Positions 21,901-30,745 are shown, numbered from the stretch's first letter. The stretch: 44,857 nt of DNA from Limisphaerales bacterium (GCA_044225505.1 JBGAIN010000052.1:1-44857), one strand, 5' to 3'. Notes: generated by a model not told the origin, from the sequence alone. Numbers and translations: made by a program.

Positions 21901-23509
21901 TGCAGACCCCACCTTGGCAGCGGTCATTCGTCGTGCATGGATCTCCATCATCGCACGGTTGACCGTTCTGCTCGCAAGGCCTTTTCTTTTTGGGTAGTTT
22001 CACTTTGCTCCCCTTGCCCGTGACGCCTGGAGTACTGCCGTGCCAGCCCGGTTGCCGGATTCCCACGCCGGGATCGCTCTCGATGAATTTCCCGTCCGCG
22101 CTCACCGTCATCTGTCCTTGCAACTCCCATTCCCCCGTGTCGTGGTTGAAACTCCATAGCCCGCTCTTCGCCCCGGGAGGAAGCGGTTTGCCCGTTGCTG
22201 GCAACGGAAGGTTAGGAAAGCGTGCGGGAACTGGACGATCGAAGTTGCTCGGTCCGTCTGTCTGGACGGTGATGACAACAGGAAACGACAAGCCGTCCGG
22301 GAGCGGACTGGGCAAGCGGTCCGGCGCGACCGGGGCAATTCCCACTTTGCCACCGCGCGTGCCATCATTGCTGAACAACGAGTTCGCAGGGACATCAATG
22401 GCGACGCCTTCCAACCCTGGGTTCGCTTGCAGGACTGTCGAAGAAAACGTCACACTGGTATCGTTGGTCTGACTGACCGATTGCAGCGTGCCGGGAGCAA
22501 TTACCGGGAGATAAATGAGCCCGGTGCCTCCCGCCAGATTCGTGCGGATGCCTGGGACTGTCGTCCATTGTTTGCCAACGACAGGGTAGTAAGGCTCTTT
22601 GGGCCACTGGCTTTCCGTGGCCGTTCGTCCATCGATATGGACAAAGAACTGTCCCGCGGGCGCCGGCTCGAGTTTGAAATCGCCGTTCGCATCCGTCGTC
22701 GTGAACAACGTTTCTTCCATTCCATCCACGGTGATGCGGACGCCTTGGAGCGGATGTTCATTCCGATTGGTTCCGCCTGCAGAGATCGGCTCCGAGGCCA
22801 ACACTCGGCCCAGAACCGCTGTCCCCGGCGCCGCGGCCGAATTCAGAGTGGTGAAATTGACTCGAGCGGTCCCCCCGGGGAGGCCGTTTCCGTCCGGATC
22901 GATCGAGCGGCCCAAGTCATCCCTTAAGTCGGTGCCGCTCAAGGTGACTTCAACCTCCATGTTGGACGGCAGATTCTCCAAATAGAAGAGGGTCACAGAT
23001 TTGCGGTCACTGGAAAGTTCTCGGCGAGCGAGCAAACGTCGACCCCCCGCTTCAGCATAGAGGTTATCAGCGCTGATCACGGATCCTACCGCCAGAGGCT
23101 GGGTCAAACGGAAGATCGTCTCTCGCGTTAGCGCGACGTCCGACTCAAGGTCTGCGGGAGACGTCTCGAGCACTTTGGCGAAAGGGAAATCCGGGAGCGC
23201 CTCATCTCCGAGGACCCTATTGGCGAGCAGAACGGCATCGGCTTCATTGACCACGCCGTCCTGGTTGAGGTCGGCCGCCAAAACCAGATCGGGCGGCAAG
23301 GGCTGCCGTCCGTTCAAATGAGCGATCAGGCGAGCCAGATCAATGACCGTCGCGCTGCCATCTTCGTCGAGGTCACCCAGTCGCCCCGGCCCCGCTGCTT
23401 CGAGTCGCAGCAGCATAAACCCCATGTGGAAGAGGCACGAGTAAAGCGTGCAAACCGCTAGAGCCCGCGCCAGGCGCCCGTGCGATCGAAACCGAGTCTG
23501 AAACATCAT
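18971..23509 (-). CDS. 1512-aa secreted modular protein: dockerin, Ig-like, carboxypeptidase-regulatory-like, Cys-rich, HExxH module, Ig-like, Ca-binding DxDxDG repeats, 4x PPC-like repeats
   Basis: Duplicated dockerin loops GDLDEDGSATVID and ADLNQDGVVNEAD (23377-23207); CDDGDPCTTNDRC; HEYYH (21556-21542); DLDGDGMPDEWE-type repeats; four 110-119 aa repeats containing GAGxxExPGxxDxYxF. Confidence 0.85.
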   Translation of the reverse strand: MMFQTRFRSHGRLARALAVCTLYSCLFHMGFMLLRLEAAGPGRLGDLDEDGSATVIDLARLIAHLNGRQPLPPDLVLAADLNQDGVVNEADAVLLANRVLGDEALPDFPFAKVLETSPADLESDVALTRETIFRLTQPLAVGSVISADNLYAEAGGRRLLARRELSSDRKSVTLFYLENLPSNMEVEVTLSGTDLRDDLGRSIDPDGNGLPGGTARVNFTTLNSAAAPGTAVLGRVLASEPISAGGTNRNEHPLQGVRITVDGMEETLFTTTDANGDFKLEPAPAGQFFVHIDGRTATESQWPKEPYYPVVGKQWTTVPGIRTNLAGGTGLIYLPVIAPGTLQSVSQTNDTSVTFSSTVLQANPGLEGVAIDVPANSLFSNDGTRGGKVGIAPVAPDRLPSPLPDGLSFPVVITVQTDGPSNFDRPVPARFPNLPLPATGKPLPPGAKSGLWSFNHDTGEWELQGQMTVSADGKFIESDPGVGIRQPGWHGSTPGVTGKGSKVKLPKKKRPCEQNGQPCDDGDPCTTNDRCQGGVCKGDPPSDACRADAPAILGFHWTEENNPKVEPHTVVRDFDYDGSTCYDPTSKCRRFQASTMDVDGFVNISILGSQEPNPVDGGNVTSGNYCEMLRYLQEYAKLGRGKWQSLAATRAHEYYHRDVDIPELVRKHWRLAEFAMESLCIPCTVSAGDAADILQENANDAFRKMQANYWEEQIKFNINHSAKHDDGAYHEGQKYNDELAQRVLKYAGAKGFPACPPPGPRPKVLRTLVEIVAEVNPAVIDPGGKAQIKVTGIYSDGSKADLTHASGIQYRASNGQVVRVNPDGSVDGLKPGRVDIRVWYLEDIEMEDFDLATTVTLTVRSPRDLDGDGMPDEWERAHGLNANDPTDAEKDADGDGLTNRQELMLGTDPSRADTDGDGVSDGLEVLEGSDPLSFEEPDPSPQVGLHYFALLNLDTGKVEQRGKADSNGQAFHNLILAPNTHYRQFILQARTMMLGSSDFTTPDPGLTLNLPAVLLHEDHSADSDKDGLPDLPELILGTSPDAVDSDGDGVPDGRQFVPDQYPIQIGDVVGNGSPTAGAGVIEYPGAKDFYTFTAQPGQIVYLSLISNTIPCCVEWKLESAEGELYFASKLADGNVGRFQLEEGGLYTLTVGEGGTNQTGSYQFKFWDVVPQEFSLHLGDAVTNGFPAPGAGNLEIPGAIDVYRFTVQSNQQVYFDFKEPSPSSPLQWRLENEEGYITSDCVRCLNPGVLTFKKGGTYFLKLGNGLEFSFDPTPPDTGTYEFKIWDVPPSQQFTIAVGDTITNNVPGPGAGLVETPGVQDIYTFTATPGQRVYFQLLGEYDPFDFKNWTLRDQTGERIFSEGFNAFEPGAFTLTRGGTYTIVVDDRDFFTTGAYSFKLWDIPPFSTFPLSIGQNVGPDIPGPGAGRIETPGSKDVYTFEAQDGDKISFRVVTTTLSFADWLLEDAAGTQIFRSCLGCSEPGTFTFKKGTYTLTVGDDRESEVGTYEIETKREP

Positions 23510-23563
23510 AAGACTTGCTGGGGTCCTTTGGCGCCAAGGGAACCGGTCTTGGAGGCCGCGGGC

Positions 23564-23593
23564 AGAATAGGGAACGACAGATTGATGTCAATC
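23564..23593 (-). promoter_or_regulatory. sigma70-type promoter of the dockerin-cohesin operon, overlapped by an inverted repeat
   Basis: TTGACA (23591-23586)-16 nt-TATTCT (23569-23564). The inverted repeat GATTGA-TG-TCAATC (23580-23593) covers the -35 box. Confidence 0.55.
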
Positions 23594-23766
23594 ACTGCGA
23601 TGGGTGGAGCGCATCAGGCCGTTGAGGAATCGGTCCTTTGTCTATGGATCCTTCGGCCCATAGACCTCTCCCCAACGGGGAGGTAAAGATGCTGCAAGCC
23701 CGCGGCTTAAGCTCAAGTCCCAGGCGTGCCTTGAAACATCATTGGCGAAAAGCGTCAAACACTACT

Positions 23767-26322
23767 ATGACTCCTGGCCAGTTCCATATGGAGTCCGTCT
23801 TCTCGCTCCTGTTTACCCGCACCACCGATGCCATGTCTCTCTTCGATCCGGCAACCGGGTGTTTCACGGAGTCCAACGAAGCCGCGGCGCGACAGATGGG
23901 CCTCGAAAGTCCAGAACAGCTGCGCAACGTGTCGCCTGCTGGCTTGTCTCCAGAACGGCAACCGGATGGAACGCTTTCCACCGAGAAAGCCGAACAGATG
24001 GTGGTTCTAGCCTTAGCCGAGGGGAGTCACCGTTTCGAATGGATGGCCCGGCGGCAAGACGGAACCGAACTGCTTCTCGACGTGGTTCTCACGGCCGTCT
24101 CTTACGGAGCTCGCCCGCTGTTATTAACCGTGGCGAGGGACATCTCCGAGCATAAGCGCGCCGAACGGCATATTCGCCAACTCAACGAGACCTTGGAACT
24201 CCGGGTCGAGGAGCGGACGGCCGAATTGCTCCAACTGAACGAGCAACTCCGCAACGAAATTGCCGAACGTCAACGAGCTGAAGCACTCCTGCGCGAGAGC
24301 GAGGCCAAGGCGCGGACTTTGGTCGAACAGGCCCCCGAGGCGATTGTCGTCTTCGATGGCGAGTCCGGTCGCTTTCTCGACGGCAACGACAACGCCGCCC
24401 GGCTCTACGGCTTGAGCCGCGAGCAGTTGCTGAACAAGCATCCCGCCGAACTTAGCCCTCCACTGCAGCCGGATGGACAGCCCTCAATCGAGGCTGCGCG
24501 CGAGCGGATTCAGCAAGCGATGGCGGGGGAATCCCCCGTGTTTGAATGGACCCACCGACATTCCAGCGGACGTCTGATTCCCTGTGAGGTTCGGCTGGTC
24601 CGTTTCCCTGGCGAACGGGCCAACCTCATTCGCGGGAGCGTCCTCGACAACACGGAACGGCGGCGCCGGGAGGAGATTCAGAGGGCCATTTACGAAATCT
24701 CCGAAGCCGTGCACCGGGTGGCAAATCTGGAACACCTCTACGAACGCATCCACGGCATTGTCCGAATGCTCATCCCCGCCGAGAATTTCTATATCGCTTT
24801 GCTCGACTCTACAACCGAGCTCATTCAGTTCGCGTATCACGTGGACGAAATGACCCCGCGCCCGGCACCGTGCCCGGTCGAAACCGGGTTAACAGGCTAT
24901 GTTTTGCGCCTTGGCCAGCCCCTGCTCGTCGATGCTGGGATGGGCGCACGCAAGCGCGTTTCCGGACAGGCCGCGCGCTTCGAAGGAATAGACGGGTTGA
25001 CTTACGTCGAGAGCGGGCGGCCCGCGGCGATCTGGTTGGGCGTGCCATTAACCATCGGAGAGAGATGCTTCGGAGTCATGGCCGTTCAGGACTACCACAA
25101 CCCAAATGCGTACGGAGAACCGGAAAAACAACTGCTCAGTTTCGTGGCGGGCCAAATCTCGCTCGCCATCGAGCGAAAGCGCGCTGAGGCCGAATTGCGG
25201 GCGAGCGCTTTGCGGCTGCGCGAAAGCGAAGCCCGATTTAGCACAGCGTTCCGTGCCAGTCCCGTCTTCATGAGCATCGCTCGCGTTAGCGACAGCAAGT
25301 TTGTCGAGGTCAACGAAGCCCTGCTGCGCTGGAGCGGGTTCAGTCGGGAGGAAGTCATCGGACGGACGTCTCTCGAACTTGGAGTCTGGGTGAATCTCGA
25401 GGATCGGCTCCGGTTTTGGGATGAGCTTCGTCAACAAGGTTCTCTTCATGATCGCGAGTACCTGATGCGCAACCGCGCGGGCGCTGTTCACACGCTGGCG
25501 TTTTCCGTGGATCTGATCGACATCAATCATGAACCCCATGTTCTGATCGTCGGTCAGGATGTTACCCAGCGTAAGAAAGTTGAAGAAGAGCTGCTCCGCA
25601 GCCTCCAGCGCGAACGCGAGCTCGGACAGTTACGGAGTAACTTTGTTTCCATGGTCTCGCACGAATTCCGGACTCCTCTCGGAATCATCCAATCGTCTGC
25701 CGAGATCCTGGAGGACTATTTCGACGTATTAGATCCGGGCGAGCGGAGAGACCACCTCCGCTCGGTGCACAAGAATACGCGGCGGATGGCCTCCATGATG
25801 GAGGAGGTGCTTCTTATTGGCCGTTTCGACGCCGGCAAAATGGACTTCAAACCCGAAGCGATCGACCTGCGGTTGTTTGCCAATCGCCTGATCGACGAGG
25901 TCTTGTCGGCCACCGAGCAAAAGTGCCCCATCACCTTATCGCTCGGATTCGAATCCGGAGACGCCAGCGGGGACGAACGGTTGCTTCGGCACATCTTCAC
26001 GAACCTCCTCACCAATGCCGTCAAATACTCCGATTCTGGTCGCGTCGTCGCGTTTAGTATCCTTCGCGAAGGTCGAGACGCTGTTTGCACGATTCGCGAT
26101 CAAGGGATTGGAATTCATGAAGCAGATCGCGAATGGGTTTTCGAGGCTTTTCATCGCGGCCGGAATGTGGGCGATCGGCCGGGCACGGGGTTGGGATTGG
26201 TGATAGTCAAACGCTGCCTGGAATTACATGCCGGGCGTATAGAACTCCATAGCACGCTAGGGCAGGGCACCGTCGTCACAGTGCGCTTGCCACTGTTTAC
26301 CGCCGGCCGAGTCCCAGGGTAG
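23767..26322 (+). CDS. Cytoplasmic PAS-PAS-GAF-PAS sensor histidine kinase
   Basis: Three PAS-like segments ending (R/L/Q)D(I/N/V)(S/T), GAF (WLGVPL), H-box SHEFRTPL, N-box NLLTNAVKYS and G-boxes DQGIGI and GTGLGL. No transmembrane helix; start codon uncertain. Confidence 0.93.
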   Translation: MTPGQFHMESVFSLLFTRTTDAMSLFDPATGCFTESNEAAARQMGLESPEQLRNVSPAGLSPERQPDGTLSTEKAEQMVVLALAEGSHRFEWMARRQDGTELLLDVVLTAVSYGARPLLLTVARDISEHKRAERHIRQLNETLELRVEERTAELLQLNEQLRNEIAERQRAEALLRESEAKARTLVEQAPEAIVVFDGESGRFLDGNDNAARLYGLSREQLLNKHPAELSPPLQPDGQPSIEAARERIQQAMAGESPVFEWTHRHSSGRLIPCEVRLVRFPGERANLIRGSVLDNTERRRREEIQRAIYEISEAVHRVANLEHLYERIHGIVRMLIPAENFYIALLDSTTELIQFAYHVDEMTPRPAPCPVETGLTGYVLRLGQPLLVDAGMGARKRVSGQAARFEGIDGLTYVESGRPAAIWLGVPLTIGERCFGVMAVQDYHNPNAYGEPEKQLLSFVAGQISLAIERKRAEAELRASALRLRESEARFSTAFRASPVFMSIARVSDSKFVEVNEALLRWSGFSREEVIGRTSLELGVWVNLEDRLRFWDELRQQGSLHDREYLMRNRAGAVHTLAFSVDLIDINHEPHVLIVGQDVTQRKKVEEELLRSLQRERELGQLRSNFVSMVSHEFRTPLGIIQSSAEILEDYFDVLDPGERRDHLRSVHKNTRRMASMMEEVLLIGRFDAGKMDFKPEAIDLRLFANRLIDEVLSATEQKCPITLSLGFESGDASGDERLLRHIFTNLLTNAVKYSDSGRVVAFSILREGRDAVCTIRDQGIGIHEADREWVFEAFHRGRNVGDRPGTGLGLVIVKRCLELHAGRIELHSTLGQGTVVTVRLPLFTAGRVPG

Positions 26323-26861
26323 CAGCTTTGTCCTTGGAGGCGCGGCGCGTTCGATTCGAAGGGTGCCGGCCAGACCTGAGAGTTCAAGGGCCGTGTCGTC
26401 CGCAGTATTATGACTCCGAGATCCTGGATTTACAGCGGGGCTTCGTTGGAACTGCAATAAGGTCCGGGGCCGAAGGTTTACGGGCATTAGGTTTGTGGCC
26501 TTAGGCGATTACGCGATCGGTCTTCCCAAGGGTTGAAGTGAGTCCAAAGTCCGCCCGTGACCCCTCCGCGATGACTCCGTTCTATCTTGGAGGATCACTG
26601 GAGGATCATTGGAATTAGCGGGCGTGGGAATGGGGAAGGGACTGTCCTGAGTTGCGACAATTTTGGGTTGATTTCGCTAAATCGGGACATATCAAGGGAC
26701 AAAAGAATCGAGGGTTAGCGTTATCGTTCCCTGGGTGCTGGGCATGAAGAAGGGAGGCGGATTGCCTGCAATGACGGGTCTTAATCGTCTTTCCGCGTTT
26801 CCAACGCATACCCAAAGACCACCGTTTCAGCAACTTGGCGGGGTTTTTGCTGATTCCAAGC

Positions 26862-27671
26862 GTGAACTTCGCGGAAGTCAGCAAGGAGAAGATCAACCTG
26901 CTCCGAGCTGGCATTGTTTTACTCGCATTAGTCGTCGCAGCCATTTTATGCGCTGGGTATTGGACTTTTCGCGACTTCCAGGGCGCACTGGGCGTGGCGA
27001 TGCGGACCTACGAAGTCCTGGAATCGATGGAAACGACCGTCGCTGTGCTGGAGGACGCCGATACTGGGACGCGGGATTTCGTGCTCACGAGAAAGCCGGA
27101 GTTTCTCGATGCCTACCAGCGGAGCGCCGAGAACCTGGATGCCCACTTGGAACACCTCCGCACTCAGACGTGCGATGACCCCTGGCAACAAGGCCGGTTA
27201 GACCGACTGCAGGAGCTTGCGAACCGGCTGACCGGCCATGCTCGGAAAGCCGCGGAGCAGAAGAACAAGTCGTATGCTGCTGCCGTGCGAGTGATACGGG
27301 CAGAGGAGGGGCGGTTGCTCCGTCAGGATATTCGACAAGTCGTGAAAGAAATGAAGGATCACGAGAAAGCCTTGCTCGGCGACCGGCAAGAGGCTGCCTC
27401 CCACCGGATGCGCCTTAACCTGATCTCGTGTGGCGTGCTGTTGACCGCGGATGTGGGGTGTCTCATCTGGATTGCGGTCTTATCCCTTCGACTAAACCAA
27501 TTGCATCAGGTGATCAAGGTGTGCGCCTGGACCAAGCAAGTCGAACACGAAGGAAAATGGATCACCTTGGAAGAGTATCTCCAAAAGATGCTGGATGCGC
27601 CCGTAACGCACGGGATTTGCGCCGAAGCGGCCGCGAGTTTGATCGATAACTCCGAAAAAGTGGCGAGTTGA
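26862..27671 (+). CDS. CHASE3-domain membrane sensor without catalytic output domain
   Basis: Two transmembrane helices flanking a CHASE3-like region (EDADTGTRDFVLT...FLDAY, QQGRL, EG-x5-IR, MKDHEKALLGDR); short C-terminal VCAW...THGIC module. Confidence 0.8.
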   Translation: MNFAEVSKEKINLLRAGIVLLALVVAAILCAGYWTFRDFQGALGVAMRTYEVLESMETTVAVLEDADTGTRDFVLTRKPEFLDAYQRSAENLDAHLEHLRTQTCDDPWQQGRLDRLQELANRLTGHARKAAEQKNKSYAAAVRVIRAEEGRLLRQDIRQVVKEMKDHEKALLGDRQEAASHRMRLNLISCGVLLTADVGCLIWIAVLSLRLNQLHQVIKVCAWTKQVEHEGKWITLEEYLQKMLDAPVTHGICAEAAASLIDNSEKVAS

Positions 27672-27958
27672 CGACTACCAGAACGGCTCTGAAGTCGGAG
27701 GGGATTTCGGCAAGTAACTCGGTAAGACGATCGAAATGGAAGGGGTCTGTCCGTGTTGGGAAGACCGCATTGGTGGCTGACCTCGTTGTCGAGTAAGACC
27801 CGGCTCGTTTCGGCGGGCGTCGCGCAACCTATTGATGATTTGGGGGGGCTACGAGAGGAAACCAGGAACGCAAGCGAGATTCCGCTTGATTTACCCGTGA
27901 ACCTAGCTTATCGACATCATGAAGTTCCGAACTAATCACCAACTTAAAGGAATTCATT

Positions 27959-28300
27959 ATGTCCAAATCGCTATTGATCGCTTTGTCCGCCGCGGGACTT
28001 TTTTTTATGACCGGCACCAAGTCCTTTGCAGAGGACGGCAAGACGGTCTCCCTGACTGGGGAGGGCAAATGCGCCAAGTGCAGCCTGAAAGAGGCTGACA
28101 AGTGCCAGAACGTGATTCAGACCAAGGAAGACGGCAAGACGGTCACCTATTACATCGCCAAGAACGATGTTGCTGACAAGTTCCATAAAAACGTCTGCTC
28201 GAGCACCAAGCACATCACCGCCAAGGGAACGGTGAAAGACGTCAACGGCAAGAAAGAGTTGACCGCATCCGAACTCAAGGTGGCTGAATCCGAGAAGTAA
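27959..28300 (+). CDS. DUF6370-like small secreted Cys-containing protein
   Basis: AAGGA RBS, signal peptide, GEGKCAKCSLK..KCQNVI..YY..FHKNVC pattern and a downstream terminator. Confidence 0.8.
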   Translation: MSKSLLIALSAAGLFFMTGTKSFAEDGKTVSLTGEGKCAKCSLKEADKCQNVIQTKEDGKTVTYYIAKNDVADKFHKNVCSSTKHITAKGTVKDVNGKKELTASELKVAESEK

Positions 28301-28319
28301 ATCCCGGAATCCGATTTCG

Positions 28320-28359
28320 ACCCGCAGCTGAGCGAACGCTTGGTTGCGGGTTTTTCTTT
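28320..28359 (+). terminator. Rho-independent terminator
   Basis: Stem ACCCGCAGCTGAGC / GCTTGGTTGCGGGT followed by TTTTCTTT, between convergent genes. Confidence 0.75.
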
Positions 28360-28412
28360 GGGAGAGGGAGCGGGGAAGAGCAGCAACCTTGGAATGGACC
28401 AAGGCCAGCTGC

Positions 28413-29759
28413 CTAGCGGCGCATCATTCCGGGCGGGGGATTGCCGCCCATCTTGCTCATCATGCGCTGGAACTTGCCCATCTTGCGCATCATCTGCTGC
28501 ATTTGGCCAAAGCGGTTGAGCAGATTGTTCAGCTCGGCCACACTCACGCCGCTCCCTTTCGCGATGCGGAGGCGCCGACGCGCATTCAGTATCTGAGGAT
28601 GACGGCGTTCCTGGAACGTCATGGCGCAGATCATGCCTTCCATGCGGCGGAACTCCTTTTCACTCTTGCTCAGATCCGCGTTTTGAAGGACCTCGGATCC
28701 GCCTGGAAGCATGCCGACGATACTTTCAAGAGATCCGAGCTTTTTCATCTGGCGAAGCTGATCGAGGAAATCCTCAAGGGTGAACTGCCCCTTGCGCATT
28801 TTCTCTTCGAGCTTCTTGGCCTCATCCAAGTCGACCGCTTCCGCGGCACGTTCCACAAGGCTGACGACGTCGCCCATCCCCAGGATCCGCGAGGCCATTC
28901 GTTCCGGGTGAAACGGTTCGAAGTCTTCGATCTTTTCGCCAACACCGACGAGTTTGATTGGTTTACCGGTGACGGCTTTCAAACTGAGGGCCGCTCCACC
29001 GCGCGCGTCACCATCGAGTTTCGTGAGGATGGCGCCGGTAATACTCAGTGCGCGATCGAAGTGGGACGCAACGTTGACGGCCTCTTGTCCCGTCGCGGCG
29101 TCGAGGACCAGCAGAATTTCCTGGGGCTTGACCAGATCACGGAGCCGTACTAGCTCTTGAACCAAAGGTTCGTCGATCTGCAAGCGGCCTGCGGTGTCGA
29201 AGATGATTGAGTTACAGCTGTTGGCTCGACCAAATTCGAGAGCTTCTCGAGCGATCTTCAAGACATCCGTTTCGCCCTTCTTGACAAAGACTGGAATAGA
29301 CAACTGCTGGCCTAGAGTCTGAAGTTGGTCCATGGCCGCCGGGCGATAGACATCGCAAGCGACCAACAGGGGAGCGCGTCCTTGTTTATGCAGGAGGCGC
29401 GCCAGTTTGCCAGAGGACGTGGTTTTGCCTGAGCCATGGAGCCCCACGAGCATCACGGAGGCGGGGTTGCCATTCAATTCCAGGCTGGCGTTCTCCGAGC
29501 CGAGCAGGGAAACCAGCTCGTCATGGATGATCTTGATGATCTGCTGCCCGGGATGAATGCTCTGAATGACTTTTTCGCCAATCGCCTGCTCTTTGACTTT
29601 CTCAATGAAATCGCGAGCGACCTTGAAATTCACGTCGGCGTCAAGCAATGCCAGGCGCACTTCGCGGAGAGAGTCACTGACGTTGGATTCGGAGATCTTC
29701 CCCAGCCCGCGCAAGTTCTTAAACGCGTTCTGGAGTTTGCCGGTCAGTGTCTCAAACAT
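28413..29759 (-). CDS. ffh: Signal recognition particle protein Ffh
   Basis: ALLDADVN, GLHGSGKTT, DVYRPAA, DTAGR, TKLDGDARGG and a Met-rich M domain. Confidence 0.98.
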   Translation of the reverse strand: MFETLTGKLQNAFKNLRGLGKISESNVSDSLREVRLALLDADVNFKVARDFIEKVKEQAIGEKVIQSIHPGQQIIKIIHDELVSLLGSENASLELNGNPASVMLVGLHGSGKTTSSGKLARLLHKQGRAPLLVACDVYRPAAMDQLQTLGQQLSIPVFVKKGETDVLKIAREALEFGRANSCNSIIFDTAGRLQIDEPLVQELVRLRDLVKPQEILLVLDAATGQEAVNVASHFDRALSITGAILTKLDGDARGGAALSLKAVTGKPIKLVGVGEKIEDFEPFHPERMASRILGMGDVVSLVERAAEAVDLDEAKKLEEKMRKGQFTLEDFLDQLRQMKKLGSLESIVGMLPGGSEVLQNADLSKSEKEFRRMEGMICAMTFQERRHPQILNARRRLRIAKGSGVSVAELNNLLNRFGQMQQMMRKMGKFQRMMSKMGGNPPPGMMRR

Positions 29760-29765
29760 AACTTA

Positions 29766-29794
29766 ACCGTACGATAACGATCGGCGATTGACAA
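29766..29794 (-). promoter_or_regulatory. Putative leaderless sigma70 promoter of ffh
   Basis: TTGTCA-17 nt-TACGGT ending 6 nt before the ATG; no Shine-Dalgarno sequence. Confidence 0.5.
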
Positions 29795-29812
29795 GGCACG
29801 AGGCGGAGCTGC

Positions 29813-30745
29813 TTAGCCATTGTTTTCCGGCAACCCTTCCAGATGGCCGATATTCTTGACCGGTTCGAAGATCGCCTGGACCTGCTGCAAAAGCCCTTTG
29901 TCCAACGGACTTTCGATCCAATCTGCCCATTTTCGGATGTTCTTGGGATTGGCCGACCCCGCGACCGTCGTGGCGATGGCTGGATGCGAGACGGAGAACT
30001 GCAGGGCGAGTTGTGCTAAGTCAACTCCGGCCCGGGCGCAGTGCTCGGCCGCCTGGCGGGCGGCGGCTTTGACCGCTTCCGGTTCTTTTAGCCACTTCGG
30101 GAGAGGCGCGTTGGTCAGGAGACGGGCGGAGAACGGTCCAGCGTTCATAATGCCGACATTCTTCTGCTGGAGGTATTCGACGAGGTCTGCGAGACGGGTG
30201 TTTTGCAGCGTGAACTGATTATAGCTGAGGACCACGTCCACATCCGTCTGATCGAGGACAAACCGGAAGATCTTCATGGGGTAGCCGCTTAGGCCGATGT
30301 ATCGCACTTTGCCTTGGGCCTGCGCTTTCCGGAGGGCTGGAATGGTTTCGTCGACGATCTGTTGCATCGGAACAAACTCGATATCGTGGCAAAGGCAGAT
30401 ATCCAAATGATCGGTCCCGAGGCGGTGCAGGCTCACGTCGACGCTTTCCGCAACGCGCTTGGCGGAAAAATCAAAATGCTGGAGGTCGTAGCGCCCCAAT
30501 TTGGAGCTAAGGAGGTAGGACTCCCGGGGGACATCGCGCAGCGCGATGCCGAGCAATACCTCGCTCATGCCGCGGCCATAGAAGGGCGAAGTATCAATCA
30601 AGTTGAGGCCACATTCCAAAGCGACTCGCACCGATTGCAGGGCTTCATCGACGGAGACGGCGCGAAACTCCTGTCCGAGCGAAGAGGCCCCAAAGCTGAG
30701 GACAGGCACTCTCAGGCCGGTTTTGCCAAGCAGTCGTGTTTCCAT
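29813..30745 (-). CDS. Aldo/keto reductase (L-galactose/aldose dehydrogenase-like)
   Basis: LGKTGL, catalytic tetrad in DTSPFYG, SKLGR and CHDIEF; GKVRYIGLSG. Confidence 0.92.
   Translation of the reverse strand: METRLLGKTGLRVPVLSFGASSLGQEFRAVSVDEALQSVRVALECGLNLIDTSPFYGRGMSEVLLGIALRDVPRESYLLSSKLGRYDLQHFDFSAKRVAESVDVSLHRLGTDHLDICLCHDIEFVPMQQIVDETIPALRKAQAQGKVRYIGLSGYPMKIFRFVLDQTDVDVVLSYNQFTLQNTRLADLVEYLQQKNVGIMNAGPFSARLLTNAPLPKWLKEPEAVKAAARQAAEHCARAGVDLAQLALQFSVSHPAIATTVAGSANPKNIRKWADWIESPLDKGLLQQVQAIFEPVKNIGHLEGLPENNG

Noticed and set aside
23615..23680. Minus-strand GGAGAG...GCCGAAGGA...AAAGGAC resembling a glycine riboswitch
   Set aside because: The essential CUCUCAGG element is absent, and the segment lies upstream of the predicted promoter.
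26478..26491. GGCATTAGG resembling the MITE right end
   Set aside because: Only about 9 bp match, with no partner inverted repeat or target duplication nearby.
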